The notes beneath the pieces were generated by a model, which was not told the DNA's origin, made no database searches, and saw nothing but the letters and a program-made list of their open reading frames with translations. A stretch of 64,000 bases of DNA from Saccostrea cucullata (taxonomy: Eukaryota). Below are positions 51,933 through 64,000 of this stretch, one piece after another; the first letter of the stretch is position 1; the number at the start of each line of letters is the position of its first letter. Position numbers and translations under genes: made by a program. The DNA lies in contig NW_026921153.1 in NCBI RefSeq assembly GCF_032062105.1, forward strand, positions 62,001 through 126,000. The letters are read 5' to 3'.

Positions 51933-52798
51933 GCCCATCAGACTGCTGGGATGCAAGTTCTAAGATTGTCGCCTATTCTACACAATCAAATCAGCATAAG
52001 CGGTTTTTTTTTTATTTCAAGAGGTTGGTATTGAGAATGTTTTGTTAAGTATACATTCAGTATCTAATCAGATAGCATAATAAACAAGAGGCACATGGGC
52101 CACATCGTTCACCTGAGCACTGTGGCTAGGAAAAAAGCAGAAGTCAGTTTATTATTGAAAAGTTTAATCCCAAAGGTGGTCTTAACCAATCCTCAAAGGG
52201 AAGAGGGTATGATTTGAACAAACATGAATCCATACTAACTGAAGATGCTTGCATATTTCTTTGACAACCTGTGGCTTGATTGCCCTTTACATTTGAAATT
52301 ACATTGTGGCCCCGCCTTGATCACGGGGGTCATCATTTGACCTAAATCTACACTACCTGAGGAATCTTCCATATAAATATGATCATTAATGTCTTTGCTA
52401 TTTTTGTGAAGAAGATTTTTAAAGAATTTCCCTATATATTTCTATATAAATATTTGACCGGCCATTAAGGCACCGCCCTACCACCGAGGGTCATGATTTG
52501 AATAAGTGTAAATCTACACTACCTGAGAATGCTTCCCTATAAATTTCGTTTTTCCTGGCACAGTGGTTCTTGAGAAGAAGATTTTTTAAAACATACCACC
52601 AAACTTTCACCATTTCAAAATTATCACCCCTTGAATAAGGGCGTGGACCATTATTTGATTAAATTTGAATCCCCTTGACCCAAGGATACTTTGTGCCAAG
52701 ATTGGTTAGAATTGACACAGTGATTTTAGAGAAGAAGTCAAAAATGTGAAAAAATTACAGACAGACAGACTGCCGCCGGAAAAAATGTGATCAGAAAA

Positions 52799-52832
<34 letters not shown>

Positions 52833-55441
52833 TCAAAACAAAAGGGGGTCGGTGCTCTTCTTTTAGCGCTACGGAGAAATTACTATGACCTTTTAGCACT
52901 GTAATTACGTCTAACACATAAATGAATTTTTCAAACTTTTTCCTTTAATTTTTTTATCGTAATGAATAATTGGAACAAACACACTGTCAGTCTTGTTTCA
53001 TTTTGAATAGTCACATTAAAATTTGTGACAACGGAAATAGTTTCTTTAAATCATAACACAAAGTCACTTGTTTGACCTTTATGCATTCTAAAAATGTTAT
53101 TTCCTGGCGTTAAAAATTTTAAAAGCAAGAAAAACATTTGAAATTTTTTTTTCTGAATTTAAACAGAATGGATACATTTATCTTAGATAGTAAGAAAATG
53201 AAATAAAAGGTGGGGTCTCTGATGTTAATTTTAGATATATCTAAAATAATGTTAATTTTAAGGTTAAATTGGGCTATTTTTACACCAAGACTTTCACGAT
53301 AAATCCTATATATTTGCCTTTGATGATAGAATTCATGACACTTAATTTAGTATATAATTTAGGAGCAGCACAGAACATTTCACTGCTCAAAATTAGCCTG
53401 TATGCAGGCTGTATGTAAAAATAGGAATCCTAACTTCACAATATTTAATACTTTGAAAAAGAAAAATTGATTTCCTTCCGCCTCAACATATAATTCATCG
53501 GTAAATGTTTTTGGTATGGAATTTAATCGTTGGTGTTAAGGTCAAGATCTAGTAAATAACTGGAGACTCATTTTTTGGTGCTAGATCCATTATGACGTCA
53601 CAATCAATTTCAACTTTCTTTTTCTCGTACTTGACGGCTTTAAAAGAATCATGTAGAAAATTTGGTATTTTCATGTCATTCAATTTGAAATCAAATGAAA
53701 AGTAAACCGGATACCTATATCAAATTTGATTTTGATTTAAAGAAGAGGCCATGAACATAACTAATTACCGTTTTCTGAGAGTCTGTAGGCAATCTGAATA
53801 CATCTCCTTTGTCGAATACGAAAAATTTCCCATATTCAAGACTGGTTTTCTTAATTTTTCTTTGAAAATGACAGTTTAAAAGTCAGTTTTTCATCTTGTT
53901 TACCTACACAGTATGCCCCCAGAAACACCTTATTTGACCAAGCTAAAGTTGTAAAGCATCAATAAATTAACATATTTCTCAAGTTTAATAAATCTGTAGG
54001 CATCTTTCATTTTCTAGATCTTGACCTTAATGTGATATAGTTTAATTAGCATTATAGAATCCAAATTTATGTTAAGAACTAAAACATTATGTATAAAGGT
54101 CAAGACAACAATTTTCGCAAAAGCTGAGGATTGAGCCTATTTAAATTCATCAAAAACAACATTTTTATTAGCATATTTTAATAAGCTGCTAATTCTGAAT
54201 TTGGACCATCTTGTCTGTTCTCATTGCTTAAGCTCAAGAATGATACATTGTAAACAAGAAAATTATATTTTTAAAATTCTGAAAAAGTCTAGATTCCATT
54301 ATCTAAGTTAATATACAATAAAGTTAAATGGGAGGATAATGAACAGTGAATATTTTCAAATATCGTATAAAAAATAAGATTGTGAGGCAAAGCAAATATG
54401 GACCTCTGAAATAGAGGCGAGAAAAGGTGCCATTGAGATTAAGCAACCCGCGTTGACCGGTCGCACTTGCCATGAGCTTTTTGTCATGCATAAACGGTTA
54501 AACGTGAAGTTATAAAATATATTTAAATTTACGAAGTATGCAGAGATGAGGTTCGGTACAAGTATCAGGTTCATCTTGTATATAAAATATACTGGCTTAC
54601 CTTTTGTGAATTTCGATATGAAACATTGAGGAAAGTGGATATTTTTTTTTAAATACATTGTTAGGCCTTCATATCTAGGAATCAAAATCAGTGCTTGTTT
54701 TAAATCACAAATCATATCAATTTCTAAATCAGACATTATTCTAGTTCAAAATATGTCTTGAAGTTTGGCTCATATTTTATCTTTTTTTCCTCTAGAAAAT
54801 GCAGACCAACAGCAGATGCCTTCAAGCGACACCGCGAATATACAGATCAATGTTTTAGATGGTGTGTAAATGAAAATTTATTTCTAGTTGTGTTTAGCGT
54901 ACACATTATACACCATTAACTTAACTGACAGCATGATGAAAACACCAGATTATATGAAAGAACAATACAATAAAACATGTTAAAGGTCACTTGTATCATT
55001 TAAATGACTATATACTATTTATTTTTTTACGACGATTCATATACTTGAAGTAAAACATGTTAAAGGTCACTTGTTTTTTCCTTTGAATCGTGATCACAAT
55101 TGCAAGATGTTCCATTTTTCTCCTCGATGGTATAAGAAAGTTTTACACACTCTTGCATCCTTTTTCACCACTAGATAATTCCCAGTGTATATGCTTGACA
55201 CTGTGGAATTCATCTTCGTGCATTTTAAAGAGTCATTTTTGTTCTACTTCTTTAAAGATTTCTTAAGAAACAAACGACAGCTTTGAAGGAAATTGCTGTC
55301 TCAATGTTTATATCAAATTAAGTCTCAGTGCAATATTTCGCTCCACCTCCTCCATCCGCCTTTATGTTGTCTTGGGACGGTCTCGCTTCCTCCTCCTCAG
55401 CAATTTGTTGGGTCCTTTCTCAGCAAATGATCAATCAATCA

Positions 55442-55504
<63 letters not shown>

Positions 55505-58500
55505 CACTAAAATGACCAACGACACGAACAATAAAAATTGTCAAATTTTCGGGACGCCCTGTCCCTTCCTCAGGACAAAGAAAAAAGTTAAAAAGTCATA
55601 AAAACAAAGGAAAAAGAGAAACAAAAAGAACTAGCACTACTACTAAACTACTAAACACTAGATATTTACATAATTACATGTTGAATAGGAAATATTAAGA
55701 AAGAAATCCGGACCGCTTTGAAATGCGTCCGGTCTATCGGGTATACTCGGGTGAAGTGCGATTTACATAATTGAACGAATTAATTATGCTAATTATTACG
55801 ACAATCAGTAAATCGTACATTGTTTCATTTTCTCAAAATGGCGTAACTATACTTGATAAAGAATAATCAAAGAAAAATAATATAGAAGGGGCATTATAAC
55901 ATATGAATTATGATCTATTATAAATTTTAATTTGAAATGTTTTAGGACTAATTATCGGTAAAAAATAATTAATTAACAAAAGCGTAAGGAATACATAATT
56001 ATGTGGGTTGTTCTAGAGTTGGTAACGCAAATTAACTGTAGAGTTTACACTAAATTGAGAGATTAATCTTGTTTGGTATCATCAGGAATCGGGTCTAGTT
56101 TACTTGAGAACCCCAAAAATCAATAAAAACTGATCACCGGGTCTCCAATTTACACACCTACTTAGAGTGTAACATTATACCGAAAGGCTTTCAGATAAAT
56201 GTTACACCTAACATAGGGCCAATCTCCAAACGCTTTCAGGAACGCTGGGACGTTATTACAGAGATTTTCTGAACAATTGATGTCACTCTGTCTTTCTTAG
56301 GATATCCACAAGTTTGGACAATTGAAGAGTGAGATCGAGTCCTTAGAATCATCCCTCAACGATATCATGTCCAAGACCGATCTTGATGAAGCCCATAATA
56401 TTATAGACACCTATAATATGGCCCTAACAAATAAAGTCAACAAGACTCAAAGAGAGAAATTTCTCCGCGACAGTGTTCCACAGTCAAGGAACAACTGGTC
56501 AGAGGTCAGAGTTAACAAAACACGTAAACCCCGCTCGAGACGCTTCAAACGCATGAAGACAATCGCGAGGGACGGACCCATACAAACTCCTGACGTCTGC
56601 CCAGTGCTCGATAAATCCAGTGCTCCTCTCTCCGAATTGGAGACCTCACTTCTTTCCAAGGGGCTGAATTTCTGCCCCATGCCACAAGAGGTCGACGAAA
56701 AACAAGTCAGAGAGGACACCCGAGCATTCTTCCGGAGACATCGTTTGAAGGAGCACGTACTTCTCTAGAAAAGACTCCGACGAAAATTCATACGACTCTT
56801 CCAAGCCAGATTTAAACGATCTAGAGGAACACAAACTCTATAGACCCAAGAGTGACTGGGAACCTGCACAGGGCAAGTGTGGCGCGCTTGAGTCGTATAT
56901 TGACGCCGTTGAGTCAGACATAGAGAAGCTCCTTTCAATGCCAGACAAGATTCCCGACAATTTGAGTAAGGAAGAGAGATCTGCCTTACAATCATTAAAA
57001 AATCGGGATGACATTGTAATCAAGAAAGCAGATAAAGGCTCTACAGTTTTTACTGGATAAAGAGACTTACATGGTGGCGGCCCAAAGACAACTCTCAGAC
57101 GAACGTTTCTATAAGAAACTGGACTCTGACCCTACTAAAGAATTCTCCACCGCCATTACCAAAACTGTTGACGATATGTTTTTAAAAAATGAGATTGGTA
57201 TCAAAGTCTATGAGACCTTAAATCCTATTGACTGTAGACCAGGACAATTCTATCTGCTTCCTAAAATACACAAAGAAGGCATGCCAGGTCGCCCCATAGT
57301 CTGCGCAGTTGGACACCCCACGGAGAAAATTTCTGAATTCAATGATTTCCATCTCCATCCACACGTAGAGAATTTGCCATCCTATCTCAAGGACACCACG
57401 GACTACATTAACAAGACGCCCTCTACTGGCCTACCAGATCATACCCTCCTCGTGACTATGGACGTGAGTCACCAATTTTCCGCACGATGAGGGTATCGAA
57501 GCCTGTAGAGAAGTCTGGGATAGTAGGTCCATACAAATTCCTTCTACCGAGTCCCTTGCCAAGCTCCTTGAACACGTTCTCAAGTTCAACATCTTCATGT
57601 TTAATGGAGAACATTATCTACAGGTTAATGGCACTGCTATGGGTACGAAAATGGCACCGTCTTATGCCAATGTCTTCATGGGCAGACTGGAATGCAACAT
57701 GTTACTTCAAGCACCATTTAGGCCCCATAGCTGGTTGCGTTTCATTGACGATATAGAGATGAAGTGGGTGGAATGTCGGGAGAGTCTCGAGGCATTCATT
57801 ACTTTTGCCAAACACCTTTCATCAGTCGTTCAAATTTACAGTAGACGTATCTAATTCGAAAAACGTATTTCTAGATACCACATCTACCCTGATTGATGGT
57901 GAAATCGAATTCAGTCTCCACACCAAACCCACAGACTCCCACTTGTATCTTATACCCACTAGCTGTCATCCCCCACACACATTTAAGGGAGTGCCTAAGG
58001 GTCTAGCCACCAGAATTCGACGCATCTGTTCGTCCCCTGGCTTATTTCAGGAGCGAAGTGGTCTTCTTGAGTCCCACCTATGCAAAAGAGGCTACAATGC
58101 CCGCAACGTACAAACAGGTATTGATGAGGTGGCGGGACATGACAGGCAAAACCTATTACGTTACAAGGAGAAAGACAATAGCGGCAGGGTCCCTCTGGTT
58201 ACCATATTCCATCCCGTCCATAAGAACCTAAGCGGTATCCTTCAAAAGAACCTACCAATTCTCCATTCAAACAAACGAATGGCAGAGGTCTTTCAGGAAC
58301 CCCCATTGGCTGCATACAGACGCCCTAGGAACCTAAAGGACATGGTAGTAAGAACCAGACTGGACAACCCATTACATAACGGGGGCTTTAAAACTTGCTC
58401 TGACAGAAGATGTCTTCTTTGTAAGCACAGCACTGACACAGATGATTTTAACAGCCCTGTTACAGGCCGCAGCTACACAATACTAGGAAATTTGTCCTGT

Positions 58501-61500
58501 CATACTGACAACTGCATTTATCTCATCAGTTACAAAGGTTGTTCCAAACAGTATATTGGTGAAACAGGAGATCTCCGCAGGAGAGTCAACAACCACCGTT
58601 CGACCATTAGGACCAAAAAACTCACTGAACCCGTTGGGGAACATTTCAACCTTGACGGTCACAAATAGAAGGACATGACAGTAGTGGTGATTGACCATAA
58701 CCCAAGATGGACAGACGCTCAGAGAAAAAGCAAAGAAAAGTTCTGGATGCACAGATTGAAGTCATTCCGCCCCAATGGTATTAACAAACTGAATGACTTC
58801 ACCAGAATGAACGTAAACTAGACCAGATTCCTGATGATACCAAACAATATTAATTTCTCAATTTAGTGTAAACTCTACAGTTAATTTGCGTTACCAACTC
58901 TAGAACAACCCACATAAATATGTATTCCTTACGCCTTTGTTTATTAATTATTTTTTACCGATTATTAGTCCTAAAACATTTCAAATTAAAATTTATAATA
59001 GATCATAATTCATATGTTATAATGCCCCTTCTATATTATTTTTCTTTGATTATTCTTTATCAAGTATACTTATTTATATGAATAAAAAAAAATCAAGTAT
59101 AGTTACGCCATTTTGAGAAAATGAAACAATGTACGATTTACTGATTGTCGTAATTAATTAGCATAATTAATTCGTTCAATTATGTAAATCGCACTTCACC
59201 CGAGTATACCCGATAGACCGGACGCATTTCATAGCGGTCCGGATTCTTTCTTTAATAGTGTTCTTAAAAATTTCCAAATCATGTAACTAAGTAAATATAT
59301 AGTGTTTAGTAGTTTAGTAGTAGTGCTAGTTGTTTTTGTTTCTCTTTTTTTTCCTTTGTTCTCATGACTTTTTAACTTTTTTCTTTGTCCTAGGGAAGGG
59401 ACAGGGCATCCCGAAAATTTGACAATTTTTATTGTTCGTTTCGTTGGTCATATATTAAGTGCTTTATATAAATTTCCATCCGTGACCTTGTATCTACTTG
59501 GTAGATCCGACATTTAGGATATACAGTGTTGTTGGTTTAATTTAGTGCTTTATGTATATATATTCCTCCTCACCTAGCAAAGGAAGCTTTCTGCATCTGT
59601 CATCTCCAGAACTGTCTTGTTAAGGATATGCTGCTGCCATTTGACCTCGAGAATTCCTCTGAGGCACTTGGTCTGAGAGATGTCAATTTCTTTTCTTTTC
59701 AATTGGTAAACTTCCAAGTCTTACATCTGAATAAAAATACAGAGAGGACCAGGCTCTTGAAGAGTGAGACTTTTATCTTTCTACTGATGTCTGTGATCCA
59801 GATGTTGGCTAGAACTTAAGGGATGCAGCGGCCAGTGCTATCCTCTTCCTGATGTACGCAATACCTCCAACATCCTTAGTGACAGTGAACTTGTCCACCT
59901 CGTCAGTTTCACTGTTTCCGACTTTCAGACCGGCTTCACTCTCGTTGTTTATCTCCATCACTTTGCACTTTTTGGCATTCAGCTTCATTTCAACTACTTT
60001 TGTTTGGACTTCTTCAAAATTTGTTGACTTGGACTGAAGACGGTTAATTGCTGATGAAAGTAGGGCAATGTCGTCCGCAAAGTGAAGGTCTTCAATCATA
60101 GTGGTGAGGTCCCATCAATTTCATGTTATCTTTTCTCTAACAGCCTGTTGCATCACCCAGTCTATCACTAGGAGGAACAAGAAACCTGACTTACAGCATC
60201 CTTGTTTGACACTAGTCATCACAGGAAAAGGGTTGTGGTTTCATTGTCATCAATCAAAGGATACTCAAAATCGTGTTATAGGGCTTTGACCAACGTAATC
60301 AGTTTTTGGGTATTCCAAATTTCGTCATGATGACGCAAAGGCTGTCTCTGTGATTATAGTTGAAAGCTTTCTCAAAGTCCACAAAATGAATTTACGGGGT
60401 AGGAATCCACTCCTTTGCTTGATCCTGGATGTTCCTTGGGAAGTAGATTTCATTCACGGTCCCTCTCCCGCTCCGGAACCCTGCATGCTTTTTCCTAAGT
60501 GTTTGTTTTTATCAAGGGATGGAGTTGCTGTAGTCCTGTAAGTTGCTACCCTTGGGAATTTTGCAGGTGAGTCATTTGGTCCATACTTTGGGCACCTTCT
60601 CATCCTTCGCTATGGGGTTAAAGGTGTGCTTGAGTTTCTGGCTTGTATAATTCTGGTCTGTCTTTAACATTTCTGATGTTATTTGATCTGTTCCAGGGAC
60701 TTTCCCCTTCCGAAATGTCCTCAGTGTAGCCCTTATTTTTCTGTGTGTGGGGTGGATTAAATGAGATGTCCAGCACTTCTCCCTCCTCCTGTTTATTTGT
60801 GGTGGTGACTTTGGAGTGTCCCTGTTAAGCGCTTCCTCAAAATATTTCCTCCATCTGGCAAGCCTCGCTATATTTTTCAGCAGCTCTCCTTCTTTGCTCT
60901 TCACCGCTGCTGTTTATGTATTGATCTTTATTGTCAGCTGTTTTTCTATGTTGTACAGTTCTTTCTGCCTCTCTATGCTGCTCCCTGTGCTCAGCTTTTT
61001 CTGCCTTCAATCTCCTATTGTCCTCTCTCACACTCTTCTTGGTCTTTTTGGATTTGTCTCTGTAATTTTCCTTCAATTTAGTCTTGATTCTTTCTGATCT
61101 TGTCTTGTGCTCTCTATTTTTGTCTTGATGTATTTTCCTTCGTCTATCAACTTCCAGGTGTTTTTGCTGATGCAATGCTTGCCTTTCCTGAAGCCAAGTA
61201 CTTCCTCTGCTAAAATCAGAGAAAATCCTTCTGCTGCTTGTACTTATACTTGTGTGTTCCGAGGCATAGACTTATTCGGGTCTTCCCAAGGTAGTGGTTG
61301 CAACTGGCATCCGCTCCACTCTGGGCCTTCAAGAACAGATGATCTCCACTGATGAGAAGGTTGTCAATCTGGTTTTTTCGTTGTTCCAGTAGCAGACACA
61401 CAATGTTCCTGTGATTACAAGCCCGTTGGTCTGACAAAATTCACAGTCTTTCTCCATTCTCGTTTGTGTTCCTAGTCCATGGATACCCATATTTCTTTCA

Positions 61501-62987
61501 TACCCTTTATTGTCACTTCCTACCTTGACGTTAAGTTCCCCCATCAAATGATGTCTTTTTGGTGCATCCATCCAAGGTCGTTTGTAGCTTCTGGTAGAAT
61601 TGATCTTTCTCCACCTCTTCCTTTCACAATGTGGCGGATATGTTCTCCTGTATTATATAAAGAATCGTGCTACTACTGAATACACGGAAATTTTCGCCCC
61701 TAACGTCCTTGCCTGACGGGGGCAAATTCAAGGTAAACTGTATAATATCTTAAACAAAAATCTTTTTGGGTGAATTTAAAATGGGGCAAACTTGTTTTAA
61801 GATGTGAAAGGGCGAATATAACACGGGGTGGAAATAACCCTGTATACAGTATTAATCTCACGCTGATGGGTACTGTACAGCAGGAAATTAACTCGCAGAG
61901 TTAATTTTCGCTAGTATCCATTCCATGGATGATTCCCTTACCTGCTGGCTGATCATTAGGGCAATTCCTCTCTTATGCAGTTCTTCATCCCCGCGGTCAT
62001 ATACTTACATATAACAATACTTACATGTAACCTTAGTAAATGATAACGTTTAATAATGCAGTTCTTTATATACTAGAAACGATCCCTAGATTTTTTAAAA
62101 TTATTATTATTATTTTTTTTTTTTTTTTTGATAAAGATAAAAAAGAAAAAAATTTTAAATTTTATGTTCATTCGATTTAAATATGCCCTGATAGAGGAAG
62201 ATAGAAATAATTTGTATCATTTCTCCATTGAAATGTAGCCTTATATTTGTTTTTCATGATAGACGATGAGGATAACTGTCGAATGCTGATAGCTGGTCTT
62301 AGAGGTGTAGGCAAAAGCGCCCTAACCAACTCAATTGTCGGAAAAGAAGTTCAAGTATCTAATAACTCACTGGAATCTGTGACACAAAAGGCATCTCAAA
62401 TAAAATGTAAAAGAAAGGAAAGATATCTGGTATGCTTTGACACACCTGGTTTGTCCACAATTGATGACACAAAAATGATACAGAAACAATATGAGAAATG
62501 TTTGATCGAAGCCGCTCCTGGATTTCACGCTATCTTAGTCGTGCAAAAAGCTACAAGCTTCTCAGATGACAACGAAAAGTCTCTAAACAAGATCACAGAG
62601 ATGTTTGGGGAGGATCTATGGAAATTTGTTGTAATTGTCTTTACTCATATTGATCAAATAGAGGAAGGTTTGGAGAAAACAATGCTAAAGGGAGACAAGC
62701 GCTTGCACTACTGGCTTCACAAATGTGAACACCGGTACGTGGGAATTAATAACAAGGCAAAAGGGGAAGAAAATGAGCAGCAAATTTCAAAACTGCTCGA
62801 TGTTGTGGAAAAAATGAATCAGGTGAATGGTGGCAAGATATACACCAATGAGGACTTTCAGAAAACCTATACTATGTTAAAGATCGCTGCACGTGACCTA
62901 AAAGTGTCCGTTCAAAATATCCGTGACAATCCAGGAAAAATATTGGGATTTTCATTAGAAGTATTAAAATATTTTAATAACCCTTGA
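51933..62987 (+). CDS. AIG1/GIMAP-family GTPase, type B copy 2 (exons 51933-51995 with mutated donor, 54796-54861, 62263-62987)
   Basis: G1 [26 protein letters not shown]. Exons are paralogous to B1, with identical 66-nt and 725-nt lengths. The last intron is 7.4 kb and filled with retroelements. Confidence 0.85.
52082..52832. mobile_element. HINE/Helentron-associated non-autonomous element with satellite-like core
   Basis: AAACAAGAGGCACATGGGCCACATCGTTCACCTGAG start, internal ~160-170-bp related units (AAATCTACACTACCTGAG), (ACAG)n microsatellite, and CTCACTTGAGCTTTCAGCTCAGGTGAGCTAAAA terminal hairpin. This architecture is typical of oyster elements. Confidence 0.8.
53540..54026. mobile_element. 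TTAA-target MITE (Kolobok-like termini)
   Basis: TTAA|GGTCAAGATCTAG ... CTAGATCTTGACC|TTAA. Confidence 0.75.
55328..55440 (-). mobile_element. 3' fragment of the RTE LINE, separated by the Penelope insertion
   Basis: Minus strand encodes [12 protein letters not shown] and [13 protein letters not shown], matching the RTE C-terminal motifs WIGHVLR...GRPKxTW. Confidence 0.7.
55501..59560 (+). mobile_element. Penelope-like retroelement (Neptune-type; RT then C-terminal GIY-YIG), frameshifted, with ~600-bp inverted arms
   Basis: RT motifs [47 protein letters not shown]; Zn linker CSDRRCLLC; endonuclease NCIYLI..YIGET..H..EHF. Arms 55501-56103 and 58813-59465 are inverted. Flanked by (TA)n. Confidence 0.93.
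55538..55578 (-). ncRNA. Minimal type I hammerhead ribozyme-like motif in the PLE arm
   Basis: Minus strand TTGTC-CTGAGGA-A-GGGAC(AGGGC)GTCCC-GAAA-ATTT-GACAA: stem I, CUGANGA core, stem II, GAAA and a palindromic AAUU stem III. The second copy (59385-59425, plus strand) has a mutated core, CTAGGGA. Confidence 0.65.
59561..61640 (-). mobile_element. Decayed RTE-clade non-LTR retrotransposon (APE endonuclease plus RT)
   Basis: [16 protein letters not shown] and NQIDNLLIS (APE); [14 protein letters not shown]; [14 protein letters not shown] (RT). Many frameshifts. Confidence 0.9.
61674..61851. mobile_element. Tc1/mariner-like MITE, same family as 48386-48597
   Basis: TACTGAATACACGGAAATTTTCGCCCC ... 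CCCTGTATACAGTA. Confidence 0.65.
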
Positions 62988-63095
62988 GGCAGAATAATAG
63001 AGGGAAATAGAAAGAAAAAAAAGAGGGAATGGGCGAAAGGGAGAAGGGAAGGAGAAGGCAGAAGTGGGAGAGGGGGAGACAGGAAGAGACGGAGA

Positions 63096-63129
<34 letters not shown>

Positions 63130-64000
63130 AAAAACAAGAGAAAGACAGAGAGTGTGATTTTAATAATGTTCTCCAAAGAACCATTTGTTCACATTCATAT
63201 TATTTTCTTTTATATTGTAGTTGTTTACTGTATCATATATGAACATTTATCAGCTCTCACTAATAACGCATGGTTAGGAACTGCACGACGCAGCGTTATT
63301 TGTTACGGGATGAAATATGAATTTTCAAGATTCAATAAACATTATTGTGTACATTATGTTATTAAAAATGGTTCTATCTTACAATTACATTTACATTACA
63401 TTATAATTACATTTTATCAATCTGTAGAGCCTTATTCCAGCATTTGGAACCGTTATAAGGATATTTTAGTTTCGTTGATACTTATTGCTCTATCACTGTT
63501 TATTTTGTTCATTTTTAGTTGGAACATTCTTATCATCTGGTGTCAGACTTGGCTGAAGAAATACTAGTACTGTAAATGTATTATATTTTGCGTTTGCGAT
63601 TTTTGGCGGGTATTGATTTTTGAACGAGTTGGCGTAGATTTGATTAAGCGCATTTCTCAATGTTCTTATTTGTTTATATATGTGCAAGACATTTAGCGTT
63701 GTACTTGAATTAGCAAAAGCTCCTTTCCGCCAAAAGTGCTAAAAAGAATACACAGCCAAATGAAAAACGTTTATAGTATCTCTGAATCATACAATATATT
63801 CATACATTTTTTTTTCTATTTATTTAAAATAAATTCTAGACCAAAGTCCAAAATCTAATTTAAACATTGAGATATTAAAGGTTTTAAGAGTTTACTATCA
63901 ACAATACAAGAAACAAAAATCAAATGGTTAAAGGTTAAGATTTTTCAAAGTCAGACATTTTCATGGGTCGATTGAAAACATTTATTTACAATTAATAAAG

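Noticed and set aside
58826-58860. Second hammerhead at CTGATGA in the PLE 3' region
   Set aside because: No stem II or GAAA partner follows.

Overview
AT-rich, repeat-dense eukaryotic DNA, most likely an oyster or other bivalve (inferred from HINE/Helentron-type, Nin-SINE and Naiad repeats). It is not prokaryotic, and most short ORFs in the track are spurious. Five host genes are supported. One is a secreted 8-Cys cystine-knot protein (DAN/sclerostin-like, 21590-22111). The other four are spliced AIG1/GIMAP-family GTPase genes arranged as a duplicated head-to-head pair: <-A1, B1->, <-A2, B2->. The most striking observation is that the two GIMAP types are reciprocally degenerate. A-type keeps the conserved-box arginine finger but has broken G3 (DTPA) and G4 (TKGK) motifs. 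B-type keeps G3 (DTPG) and G4 (THID) but lacks the arginine finger. This suggests an obligate heterodimeric pseudo-GTPase/GTPase switch encoded as a gene pair (hypothesis). Mobile content includes a decayed permuted-domain (Naiad-type) Penelope-like element with about ten dispersed copies of its structured 3' module. There is also a Neptune-type Penelope element with ~600-bp inverted arms and a minimal hammerhead ribozyme, nested in an RTE LINE inside a GIMAP intron. tRNA-derived SINEs, MITEs, GCGAAGC-centred palindromes and two tandem repeats make up the rest. All calls were made by eye; repeat boundaries are approximate.
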